From the NCBI GenBank assembly GCA_024231215.1, contig JAAEQR010000072.1, forward strand, positions 129,210 to 193,209: 64,000 bases of DNA, read 5' to 3'. Under the pieces are notes generated by a model. The model worked only from the letters and a program-made list of their open reading frames with translations, made no database searches and was not told where the DNA came from. The stretch comes from PVC group bacterium (GTDB lineage Bacteria > Omnitrophota > Gorgyraeia > B26-G9). Below are positions 50,957 to 59,267 of the stretch, one piece after another. The translations under genes were made by a program, and so were the position numbers. Position 1 is the first letter of the stretch. The number at the start of each line of letters is the position of its first letter.

Positions 50957-52060
50957 ATGATTGCTAAAGATGAAAGAAGCCTTTTAATTTATAATACGCG
51001 CTTAATTGAGGGCGACAGGATTAAAAAAAAATCCTGGATTTTATTAAAAAACGGTAAAATAAAACAATACGGCGACGGGAAGAAGAAAGCACCTAAAGCC
51101 GTAAAATCTATAAATGCCCGCAATTGTTATCTTGCTCCCGGTTTTATTGATTTGCATATTCACGGAGAAATAGATACGATTTCCCGAAATCAGATTAAAT
51201 ATGGAACCACCGCATTTTTACATGCCTTGTATGCAAATAGACCTGCTAAGCTTTGCGAATTAATTAAGTTAAACAAACAAATAAAATTATCGGGTGCAAA
51301 ATGTTTAGGTTTTAATATCGAAGGGCCTTTTTTAAACCGACAGATGGCTGGAGCACAACCCAAAGCTGGGATTATTAAGCCGGATATTAGACAGTTAAGT
51401 AAGTTATTAAAATATGCAGGTAAAAATATAAAAATAATGACACTTGCCTGCGAATTAAACGGTAGTGATAAAGTTATAGGAATATTGAAAAAAAACAGGG
51501 TTATTCCGGCTTTAGGACATACGAAGGCTGATTTCGAACAGGCAATTGAGGCGATGAATGCTGGAGCAAATTACGGAACCCATGTGTTTAATCGCATGGG
51601 TGATTTATCGTCGAAGGATCCGGACATAATAACGGCAATGCTCATAAATGATTTAGTAACAATCGAAGTGATTGCTGACGGTAAACATGTACACCCCATG
51701 CTATTAAAGCTTTTAGTTAACAATAAACCGCAGGAACGTATTGTACTAGTAACAGATTCTGTGGCAGGGATGAAGACAATCAAAATGAAGAAAGAGGGAG
51801 GCGTATATACCCTGCTAGACGGTACAATTGCCGGAAGCAATCTTAATATGGCACAAGCAGTTAGAAATATGGTAAAATATTGCAATGTCAGTATCCCTGT
51901 GGCAGTAGGCATGGCTAGTACTAATCCAGCCAAGGTTTTAGGGATATGTAACCGTAAAGGTACTATAGCGGTAGGCAAGGATGCTGACTTAGTTATTTTT
52001 GATAATAAATTTAAGATAAAGTTTACGTTAATAAGCGGAAAAATCAAGTATAAGAATTAA
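50957..52060 (+). CDS. nagA: N-acetylglucosamine-6-phosphate deacetylase
   Basis: PGFIDLHIHG, EGPF, GHT, THVFN, DGKHVHP, VTD, IAGS. Confidence 0.92.
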   Translation: MIAKDERSLLIYNTRLIEGDRIKKKSWILLKNGKIKQYGDGKKKAPKAVKSINARNCYLAPGFIDLHIHGEIDTISRNQIKYGTTAFLHALYANRPAKLCELIKLNKQIKLSGAKCLGFNIEGPFLNRQMAGAQPKAGIIKPDIRQLSKLLKYAGKNIKIMTLACELNGSDKVIGILKKNRVIPALGHTKADFEQAIEAMNAGANYGTHVFNRMGDLSSKDPDIITAMLINDLVTIEVIADGKHVHPMLLKLLVNNKPQERIVLVTDSVAGMKTIKMKKEGGVYTLLDGTIAGSNLNMAQAVRNMVKYCNVSIPVAVGMASTNPAKVLGICNRKGTIAVGKDADLVIFDNKFKIKFTLISGKIKYKN

Positions 52061-52077
52061 ACAATAGAGGTGAGAGT

Positions 52078-54048
52078 ATGTGTGGAATAGTTGGATATAT
52101 TGGAAAAAAGAATGCAGTGCCGATTTTAATGGATGGTTTAAGCAGCCTTGAATATCGAGGATATGATTCAGCTGGCATAGCTGCAATGGATAAAGGCCAG
52201 CTTTGCATGTCAAAACGAGCAGGTAAGTTAAAGATTTTAGCCGAATGCCTTAAGAAAAATCCGGTAAAAGGAGCGATTGGGATAGGTCATACGCGCTGGG
52301 CTACGCATGGTGAGCCCAACGAAATAAATTCACATCCCCACTATAGCTGTAAGAGTGATTTTGTAATCGTGCACAACGGGATTATTGAAAACCATCATGA
52401 ACTAAGAGAAAAGCTAAAAAAAGAAGGGCATAAATTTCGTTCTCAAACAGATACTGAAGTTGTTGTCCATTTGATTGAAAAGCTTTATAAAGGTAATTTG
52501 CTCAAAGCAGTTTGTGCGGCAATTCGGCAGCTGCACGGTAGCTTTGCTTTGGGAGTAATCAGTACGCATCACCCGGATATGCTGGTTGCTGCACGTAAAG
52601 ATAGTCCGCTTATTGTGGGCGTAGGTAAAGGAGAGAATTATATAGCTTCTGATGTGCCGGCAATATTGAAATATACAAGAGAAGTTATTTATCTTGATAA
52701 TAACGAAGTTGCGGTTTTAACACGTGACAAGGTTGCTTTATATAACACTAAAGAAGCGCCGATAAAGAAAAAAACGGCAAAGATTAAATGGGATTCAGCT
52801 AGTGCTGAAAAAGCCGGATATCCTCATTTCATGATCAAGGAAATCAACGAACAGCCGCAAGTATTAAAAACCATCTTAAATCACAGGATAAAAGGTAATC
52901 GTGTAGTTTTCGAGAAATTCAATATCTCAGAAGCAAAATTAAAAAAAATTAATAATATTCAGATTGTTGCTTGTGGCACAGCTTATCACGCGGGCTTATG
53001 CGGTAAATATATTTTAGAAAAATTGCTTAGGTTACCTATTAATGTGGATACATCAAGTGAATTTCGTTATCGTGATCAGATTATCACAAAAGGCAGGACA
53101 TTGATTATTGTGGTAAGCCAGTCAGGAGAAACAGCAGATACCTTAGCTAGTTTAAGAGAAGCGAAGAAAAAAGGCGCAGTAGTTGCTTCTATTTGCAATG
53201 TTGTAGGTAGTTCTATTGCTCGGGAATCAGATGGAGTGATTTATACCTTAGCTGGTCCGGAGATCGCCGTGGCGTCGACTAAAGCCTATACAGCTCAGTT
53301 AACTACATTTTATCTTCTAGGTATTTATCTAGGGCGTATTTATGGTACAGTTAGTGATAAAGCAACAAAGAAATTGTTGGGGGAACTGGCCAAAGTTCCT
53401 GGACTGATGACCCAGAGTCTTAAAGAACATAAAAAAGTCAAAAAAGTTGCTGATCAGTATATTAGAAGGTATGACTATAGATTAGCTGAGCAGTTAATGT
53501 TTTTAGGGGATGAAATTTGGCGGTTTAAAGATCCTAAAAAAGCGCTTGCATTTGCTCAACAATGTGCTAAAAAATCACATTCTGCTTATGGTAAGCGGTT
53601 CGGAGATTTTCCTTTCTTGTACCTTGGACGGAACGTTAACTATCCTAGTGCCTTAGAAGGAGCCTTAAAACTTAAAGAAATAACCTATATTAGTGCAGAA
53701 GGCTATGCTGCCGGAGAGATGAAGCATGGACCGATTGCACTTATCGACGAATTTCCACTGGTTGTATGTATTACTCCTCAGTCTGCAGTTTATGAAAAGA
53801 TGCTTTCGAACATTAAAGAGATTCGGGCGAGAAAAGGTGTAGTTTTATCTGTAGCCACAGAAGGGGATAAGGAAATCAGGAAAAAAGAATACTCTGATTA
53901 TGTTATAGAGATTCCAAAAATTGATGAATTCTTCTCCCCGTTGCTAGTAGCATTACCGTTACAGTTATTGTCCTATTATATTGCGGTGGGTTTAAAATGT
54001 GACGTAGACCAGCCGCGAAATCTAGCTAAGAGCGTTACTGTAGAATAG
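52078..54048 (+). CDS. glmS: glutamine-fructose-6-phosphate transaminase
   Basis: MCGIVG, LEYRGYDSAG, GHTRWATHG, SQSGETADT, PRNLAKSVTVE. Confidence 0.98.
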   Translation: MCGIVGYIGKKNAVPILMDGLSSLEYRGYDSAGIAAMDKGQLCMSKRAGKLKILAECLKKNPVKGAIGIGHTRWATHGEPNEINSHPHYSCKSDFVIVHNGIIENHHELREKLKKEGHKFRSQTDTEVVVHLIEKLYKGNLLKAVCAAIRQLHGSFALGVISTHHPDMLVAARKDSPLIVGVGKGENYIASDVPAILKYTREVIYLDNNEVAVLTRDKVALYNTKEAPIKKKTAKIKWDSASAEKAGYPHFMIKEINEQPQVLKTILNHRIKGNRVVFEKFNISEAKLKKINNIQIVACGTAYHAGLCGKYILEKLLRLPINVDTSSEFRYRDQIITKGRTLIIVVSQSGETADTLASLREAKKKGAVVASICNVVGSSIARESDGVIYTLAGPEIAVASTKAYTAQLTTFYLLGIYLGRIYGTVSDKATKKLLGELAKVPGLMTQSLKEHKKVKKVADQYIRRYDYRLAEQLMFLGDEIWRFKDPKKALAFAQQCAKKSHSAYGKRFGDFPFLYLGRNVNYPSALEGALKLKEITYISAEGYAAGEMKHGPIALIDEFPLVVCITPQSAVYEKMLSNIKEIRARKGVVLSVATEGDKEIRKKEYSDYVIEIPKIDEFFSPLLVALPLQLLSYYIAVGLKCDVDQPRNLAKSVTVE

Positions 54049-54097
54049 GGGTTGACAAACAAAAAGAAATATTGTAAACTTTAAACTCTAACTACAA

Positions 54098-54174
54098 GGG
54101 CGCGTGGCACAGTTGGTTAGAGCACCTCCCTTACAAGGAGGGGGTCGTAGGTTCGAGTCCTACCGCGCCCACCA
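54098..54174 (+). tRNA. tRNA-Val(TAC)
   Basis: Cloverleaf, loop CTTACAA, CCA; TTGACA-17-TAAACT promoter upstream. Confidence 0.96.
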
Positions 54175-54326
54175 TGAGTTTACCTGACGGACTCGAATCG
54201 AGTTGAGCGCCGAGCAGGTGCGAGGAAAAGCGAGCAGGACTGTGAGCGAAAGCGAAACGAGGCGGGCCTGCGCAGCGAACAACAGGAAGTTGTGAGTGTA
54301 GTAGGCGAGTCCTACCGCGCCCACCA
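54175..54326 (+). repeat. tRNA-linked element copy B, ending in a 21-bp duplicate of the tRNA-Val 3' end
   Basis: CGAGTCCTACCGCGCCCACCA at 54154-54174 and 54306-54326; core shared with copy A. Confidence 0.9.
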
Positions 54327-54376
54327 TTTTCCCAGTAAGGGGAAATAGTTCGATACAAATATAAGACTAAATTTTT

Positions 54377-54454
54377 GGAGCCGTAGTTCAGCTGGTTTAG
54401 AACGTCGGACTGTCGATCCGAAGGTCGCGGGTTCGAACCCCGTCGGCTCCGCCA
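54377..54454 (+). tRNA. tRNA-Asp(GTC)
   Basis: Cloverleaf, loop CTGTCGA, CCA. Confidence 0.96.
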
Positions 54455-54461
54455 TAAATAT

Positions 54462-54490
54462 ACCTTCATCCGAAAGGATGAGGGTTTTTT
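54462..54490 (+). terminator. intrinsic terminator after tRNA-Asp
   Basis: ACCTTCATCC-GAAA-GGATGAGGGT + T-run. Confidence 0.88.
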
Positions 54491-54669
54491 CTTATTATTG
54501 ACAGTAGCTATTGTCCATAGTATTATCTATAGTATCTTATTTAAAAGGAAGTTCGGGCACAAAAAGAGTAAGGGGGTACCCTACAGTGCTACGGACATAA
54601 TTCGCAGACGGTCTAATGGCCTATAATTTACGTAACCGTAAATTATCTGCTTATTGAAGGAGAATTATT

Positions 54670-55464
54670 ATGGACTGGGGAATGAAAAACCGCTTAAGCC
54701 AGCTTTTCAAAAAAGACGGACATTGTTTTTTCTTACCGATTGATCACGGATATTTTCAGGGTCCGACTCGCTGTTTAGAAAAACCAGCAGAAACAATTAA
54801 GCCTTTATTACCTTATTGTGATGCATTGTTTGTTACCAGGGGTGTTTTGCGTGCATGTGTAAAGCCGATCGGTAGTAAGCCAATTATCCTGAGAGTTTCA
54901 GGCGGCACGAGCATGGTGGGCAATGACTTGGCGAATGAGGTTCTTACTACAGCTATCGAAGATATCATCAGGCTTAATGCTTCGGCAGTCGGGGTGTCTG
55001 TTTTTATCGGTAGTGATTATGAAAAGCAAACTTTATCTAATCTAGCTGATTTAGTTAATGAATGTGAAGATTACGGGATTCCGGTGATGGCAGTTACTGC
55101 GGTAGGTAAGGAAATAGAGAAAAGAGAGGCACGTTATTTAGGTTTGTGCTGTCGTATCGCAGCTGAATTAGGTGCTAAAGTAGTAAAGACATACTGGTGT
55201 GATAAAGATTTCGATAAGGTAGTCAAAGGATGCCCTGTGCCGGTAGTTATGGCTGGTGGTCCTAAATGTAAAACAGAGAAGGAAGTATTTGAGTTTGTTT
55301 ATTCTGGTATGCAGGATGGAGCTGTAGGTATAAATTTAGGCAGGAATGTATGGCAGAGTCCTTATCCGGTGGCTGTAGCGGCCGCATTACAGGCGATCAT
55401 CCATAAGAAAGCGAATGTAAAAGATGCTTGTAAAATATTTGATGAAATGAAAAAAAAGATTTAA
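54670..55464 (+). CDS. lsrF: LsrF-like class I aldolase/thiolase
   Basis: MDWGMKNRL, DHGYFQGP, AELGAKVVKTY, AGGPK, GRNVWQ. Confidence 0.85.
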   Translation: MDWGMKNRLSQLFKKDGHCFFLPIDHGYFQGPTRCLEKPAETIKPLLPYCDALFVTRGVLRACVKPIGSKPIILRVSGGTSMVGNDLANEVLTTAIEDIIRLNASAVGVSVFIGSDYEKQTLSNLADLVNECEDYGIPVMAVTAVGKEIEKREARYLGLCCRIAAELGAKVVKTYWCDKDFDKVVKGCPVPVVMAGGPKCKTEKEVFEFVYSGMQDGAVGINLGRNVWQSPYPVAVAAALQAIIHKKANVKDACKIFDEMKKKI

Positions 55465-55533
55465 GATTAACACAAAAGAGAATTTTTGTGAGCTATACAA
55501 AGAACAGTATATTAAAGGGATGGTTTTATTAAC

Positions 55534-56511
55534 ATGCAAGTAGCAGTTTATTATAGTAATGATGATATTCGCTTGGAAGAGCGACCGGTTCCTGAGATAG
55601 AAGAGGGAGAGATATTGATTAAGGTACTGGCTAGTGGTATTTGCGGTACAGATGTTATGGAATGGTACCGGATAAAAAAAGCACCGCGTATATTAGGACA
55701 TGAGATTACAGGTGAGATTGTCGAGTCTAAATCTGATAAATATAAAGTTGGGCAAAGAGTTTTTGTAAGTCATCACGTACCTTGTAATAAATGCAAATAT
55801 TGTTTAGCTGATAATCATACTGCCTGTGAAACTTTGCATAAAGGTAATTATGATCCGGGTGGATATAGTGAATTTATCCGTGTGCCTAAAATAAATGTAG
55901 ATATTGGTACATACATATTGCCGGCTAATGTTTCTTTGGAAGAGGGGACTATGATCGAGCCCTTAGCTTGTGTTGTAAGAGGGCAGAGGCTTATTAACCT
56001 AAAAGAAGGCCAGACAGTTTTAATTTTAGGTAGTGGGGTTTCCGGATTATTGAATATTAAGATGGCAAAATTGCATGGAGCAAAAGTTATTGCTACAGAT
56101 GTTAACGAATACAGATTGAACAAAGCCAAAGAATACGGAGCAGACCAGGTAATAAACGCAAAAGAAGGTGTTTATTTAACGGCAGATAAAGTAATTGTTT
56201 GTACCGGAGCAATGTCTGCTATAGAGCAAGCATTTGAATGTGTAGACAGAAAAGGCATCATTTTATTTTTTGCTATTCCCCATAGAGATATCCCTGTGCC
56301 TACAGTTGATTTCTGGCGTAATGAGATTACAATGATCTCTTCTTACGGAGCTGCGCCAGCTGATCTGGTTGAGGCTCTGGATATTATAACCCGCAAACAA
56401 GTCGATATAAAATCACTTATAACTCATACCCTTCCTTTAACGGACATTCAAAAAGGATTCAAGCTGGTTGCTGAAGCTAGAGAATCTTTAAAAGTTGTTC
56501 TAACCGCCTGA
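55534..56511 (+). CDS. zinc-dependent alcohol dehydrogenase (sorbitol dehydrogenase-like)
   Basis: GICGTD, GHE, CNKCKYC...C, EPLAC, GSGVSG. Confidence 0.9.
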   Translation: MQVAVYYSNDDIRLEERPVPEIEEGEILIKVLASGICGTDVMEWYRIKKAPRILGHEITGEIVESKSDKYKVGQRVFVSHHVPCNKCKYCLADNHTACETLHKGNYDPGGYSEFIRVPKINVDIGTYILPANVSLEEGTMIEPLACVVRGQRLINLKEGQTVLILGSGVSGLLNIKMAKLHGAKVIATDVNEYRLNKAKEYGADQVINAKEGVYLTADKVIVCTGAMSAIEQAFECVDRKGIILFFAIPHRDIPVPTVDFWRNEITMISSYGAAPADLVEALDIITRKQVDIKSLITHTLPLTDIQKGFKLVAEARESLKVVLTA

Positions 56512-56541
56512 TATCAAATAAGATATATTCCGCATCCAGAC

Positions 56542-56570
56542 TTGCATTATCTTATCGATCATGGTATACT
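56542..56570 (+). promoter_or_regulatory. sigma70-type promoter
   Basis: TTGCAT-17-TATACT with extended TG. Confidence 0.6.
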
Positions 56571-56618
56571 TAATTACCTTTTTTAACCATAACACTTTCA
56601 AAGTAAAAGAGATCGAAG

Positions 56619-59090
56619 ATGAAGACTGTTTCAGACAGTAAAAAATCAATTAAAATAATAGCATTTGTGCTCATACAAACGATTCTATTTTCTAATGGAG
56701 CATTTTGTCTGGAATCTATTTCTAGCCAAAGAGAGTCTAATGATTTATTATCTCCATCGGTACATATCAGTATAGAATCAATTAAAAGCTCTTTTCAAGG
56801 AATGGATACATCACCCCACATTATTTTCAATAAAAAGCAGATGCAGGAATTAAAAGATTACTTAAAAACTATTCCTTTGGCAGCAGAATCATCGATAAAG
56901 CTAGTTATCTTTGATTGGGGAAATGTGATTCATAATTTTACCTATGAAATTCCTGCTCAACGGTTAGCTGAAGATTTTAAGGTTGAGCCGCAAAAAGCGT
57001 TTAATTTTTTTAAGAAAAGAAATGAAGATCCCAATAATCCTGTGTATAGATATGAAAATGGGATGATTAATCAGAATGAATTGCTATTTGAGATGCGCAG
57101 GTGGTTAAAATCTAATAGCTATGTAAATGAAAATAATTTAACTCATAAAAAATTAGAAGACTTGTTAAACAGTATCTGGATACAACAGATACCCGAAACC
57201 GTAGCTTTAATTCAAGAGTTATATAAAAAGGGATATAAGGTTCGTGTTTTATCAACCACAAATGATATACATTATCGGTTTTTTAGAGATGTGTTGAACC
57301 GACCGGGCAAGGATCAGATACTGGTTGATCCTGATAAGAATTTTTATGGTTCTCATATGATGGAAGATCCGAAGCCGCATCCGAAAAGTTATTTACAGGT
57401 GATCAAAGAGGCGGGAGAGGTTTCTGAAAGTGCAGTATTTATTGATGATAGAGTAGATTCCTGCAATGGAGCAATAAAAGCTGGCGTGGGAGCAGCGGTG
57501 TTATTTGATCCCATATATGCTCTTGAGAGCATTAGGACAACAATGCAGATATTATTAGAAGCTGCATCCGAGAATAAGTTAAGAAAATTACAAGCAAGAG
57601 ATATGATCAATCCCCAAGAGAGTAAGGCATCTATTCAACAAGAAATAACCCGGATGGTTACTCCTTTGCCAGAACAGGATAAACACACTAGTCTATTAAA
57701 TGAAAGTATAAAACGATATCATAATATAACTATTGATCAAAAAGCCTTGGATCGATTTAAAGATATTTGGCAGGTAGACACATTGGATATCGGTACGATG
57801 TGGAAATTGATGCTGGAGCTTACAAACTTACCACTTTTGTCTAAGATAGAAAAGATAGTGGGAGGAGAAAAGCATCATCAGTTATTACATGTAAAAGGGA
57901 CGGTTGATTCGTTAGCCGAGATAAATAAATATAGAAAGGGCACTGCTACAGAAGATGATGTAATTGAGTTTTTAAAGCCAGGATATAAAAATAATCATAT
58001 TTCTCCGGGATGTATTCAGCCGATGTTAGAGCGCTATAATCAGATTGATTCGAAAAAATTAAAAGTTTTAGCTTTGGCTGTGATTTTGCACGATTATGGT
58101 AAGCTGATAGCCTGGTCGAATGAGGGGATAGCGGGAGAAGCCATAGTTTATCATTTTCTGGATAAATTCAGGGAAGCTGGAGTTATTACAGCAGAAGAAA
58201 TGTATTTGACCTTATGTATAACCGTATTACATCTGGATCTTGGCATATTACATTTTATGGAGAGTGTTCCGACAGATATATTGCCCTATCTTGAAAAACA
58301 AAAGACAAAGTTAAAAATATTGAATCCTGAATTTGATGGAAAATCTTTTGAAAGAGATTATTTTCAGCTAGCTTCGATTTTGTATTTTGTTGATTTTTCT
58401 AATATTGGGATGCCAGTAGCAACAGATAATCATATTCGAGATGCGGATTTTTTAGGAGTTAGAGAGAATGTAGAGAAATTACTAAATCCGGAATTATTTG
58501 GACCAGCCAGATTATGGCTAGGTATTTTAGGCGCAGGTCGAGAAGTGGTTGTTTTAGAGGACATGGATAAACAATATGAGAGGAATTTTATAGCTGAGAC
58601 AGAATTGCAAAAGTTCACCTTAGAAGAAAAAGACTATTTATATAATACATTTTTAAAATATGCTGGATTACGAGGTCTTTTGATTTATATATTCAGGCAG
58701 ATGAAAGAGACAAATCCGGAGAATGTGATTAAGTTTGTATATTTATTAATGAAGTTATATGAAAAATGCGGGGCCGAAGAAGTAATAAAAATAGTAGATT
58801 CTTTCCCTGTTAATTTTGTAGAAGATGCTGAATTTATGAATAACTGCATTAATTCTAATTCCGATAAATTAAATATTCCAGCGTTAAGGGAACTATTTGA
58901 AACAAGGTTAACAGAGGAAAAAATGATTAAAGTGATTAACTCCTTAGGCATCCCTATTGTTCGAAATGGAAAAAAGATAACAATTAATTTCAAGTCTCGT
59001 CAGCAGCATTCTCAAGTTGACTTACTAGGGGGTGGGGAGTTGCAGCAGTCTTCTTTTTCAAATGTTACAATTCTAGAACATTCTATTTGA
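56619..59090 (+). CDS. exported protein with HAD phosphatase and HD domains, C-terminal EHSI (EQAI family)
   Basis: Signal VLIQ...AFC, LSP motif; FDWGNV, LSTTN, KPHP, FIDD (HAD); ILHDYGK (HD); ends ILEHSI. Confidence 0.82.
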   Translation: MKTVSDSKKSIKIIAFVLIQTILFSNGAFCLESISSQRESNDLLSPSVHISIESIKSSFQGMDTSPHIIFNKKQMQELKDYLKTIPLAAESSIKLVIFDWGNVIHNFTYEIPAQRLAEDFKVEPQKAFNFFKKRNEDPNNPVYRYENGMINQNELLFEMRRWLKSNSYVNENNLTHKKLEDLLNSIWIQQIPETVALIQELYKKGYKVRVLSTTNDIHYRFFRDVLNRPGKDQILVDPDKNFYGSHMMEDPKPHPKSYLQVIKEAGEVSESAVFIDDRVDSCNGAIKAGVGAAVLFDPIYALESIRTTMQILLEAASENKLRKLQARDMINPQESKASIQQEITRMVTPLPEQDKHTSLLNESIKRYHNITIDQKALDRFKDIWQVDTLDIGTMWKLMLELTNLPLLSKIEKIVGGEKHHQLLHVKGTVDSLAEINKYRKGTATEDDVIEFLKPGYKNNHISPGCIQPMLERYNQIDSKKLKVLALAVILHDYGKLIAWSNEGIAGEAIVYHFLDKFREAGVITAEEMYLTLCITVLHLDLGILHFMESVPTDILPYLEKQKTKLKILNPEFDGKSFERDYFQLASILYFVDFSNIGMPVATDNHIRDADFLGVRENVEKLLNPELFGPARLWLGILGAGREVVVLEDMDKQYERNFIAETELQKFTLEEKDYLYNTFLKYAGLRGLLIYIFRQMKETNPENVIKFVYLLMKLYEKCGAEEVIKIVDSFPVNFVEDAEFMNNCINSNSDKLNIPALRELFETRLTEEKMIKVINSLGIPIVRNGKKITINFKSRQQHSQVDLLGGGELQQSSFSNVTILEHSI

Positions 59091-59267
59091 CCCCCCTAGC
59101 AATGGATGCCTAATGCGGCCTGAGAAGTCTGATTTACCGACGAGAAATACAATTTCTTCGACCCCTCTAAAATCACTTTAGATATATACTTGCAATGCAA
59201 TGGGTATTTTGCTATAATCAGGGACTAATATATGAAAAACAATTAACAGAAAGATAGGGAGGGATTT

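Noticed and set aside
52040-52078. glmS ribozyme
   Set aside because: glmS starts 17 bp after the nagA stop, leaving no room
54131-54469. 112-aa minus-strand ORF similar to the 47524..47775 peptide
   Set aside because: The similarity comes from the shared repeat and antisense tRNA sequence; not a protein family
54545-54660. Riboswitch upstream of the lsrF-like gene
   Set aside because: Some pairing potential, but no aptamer consensus I can recognise
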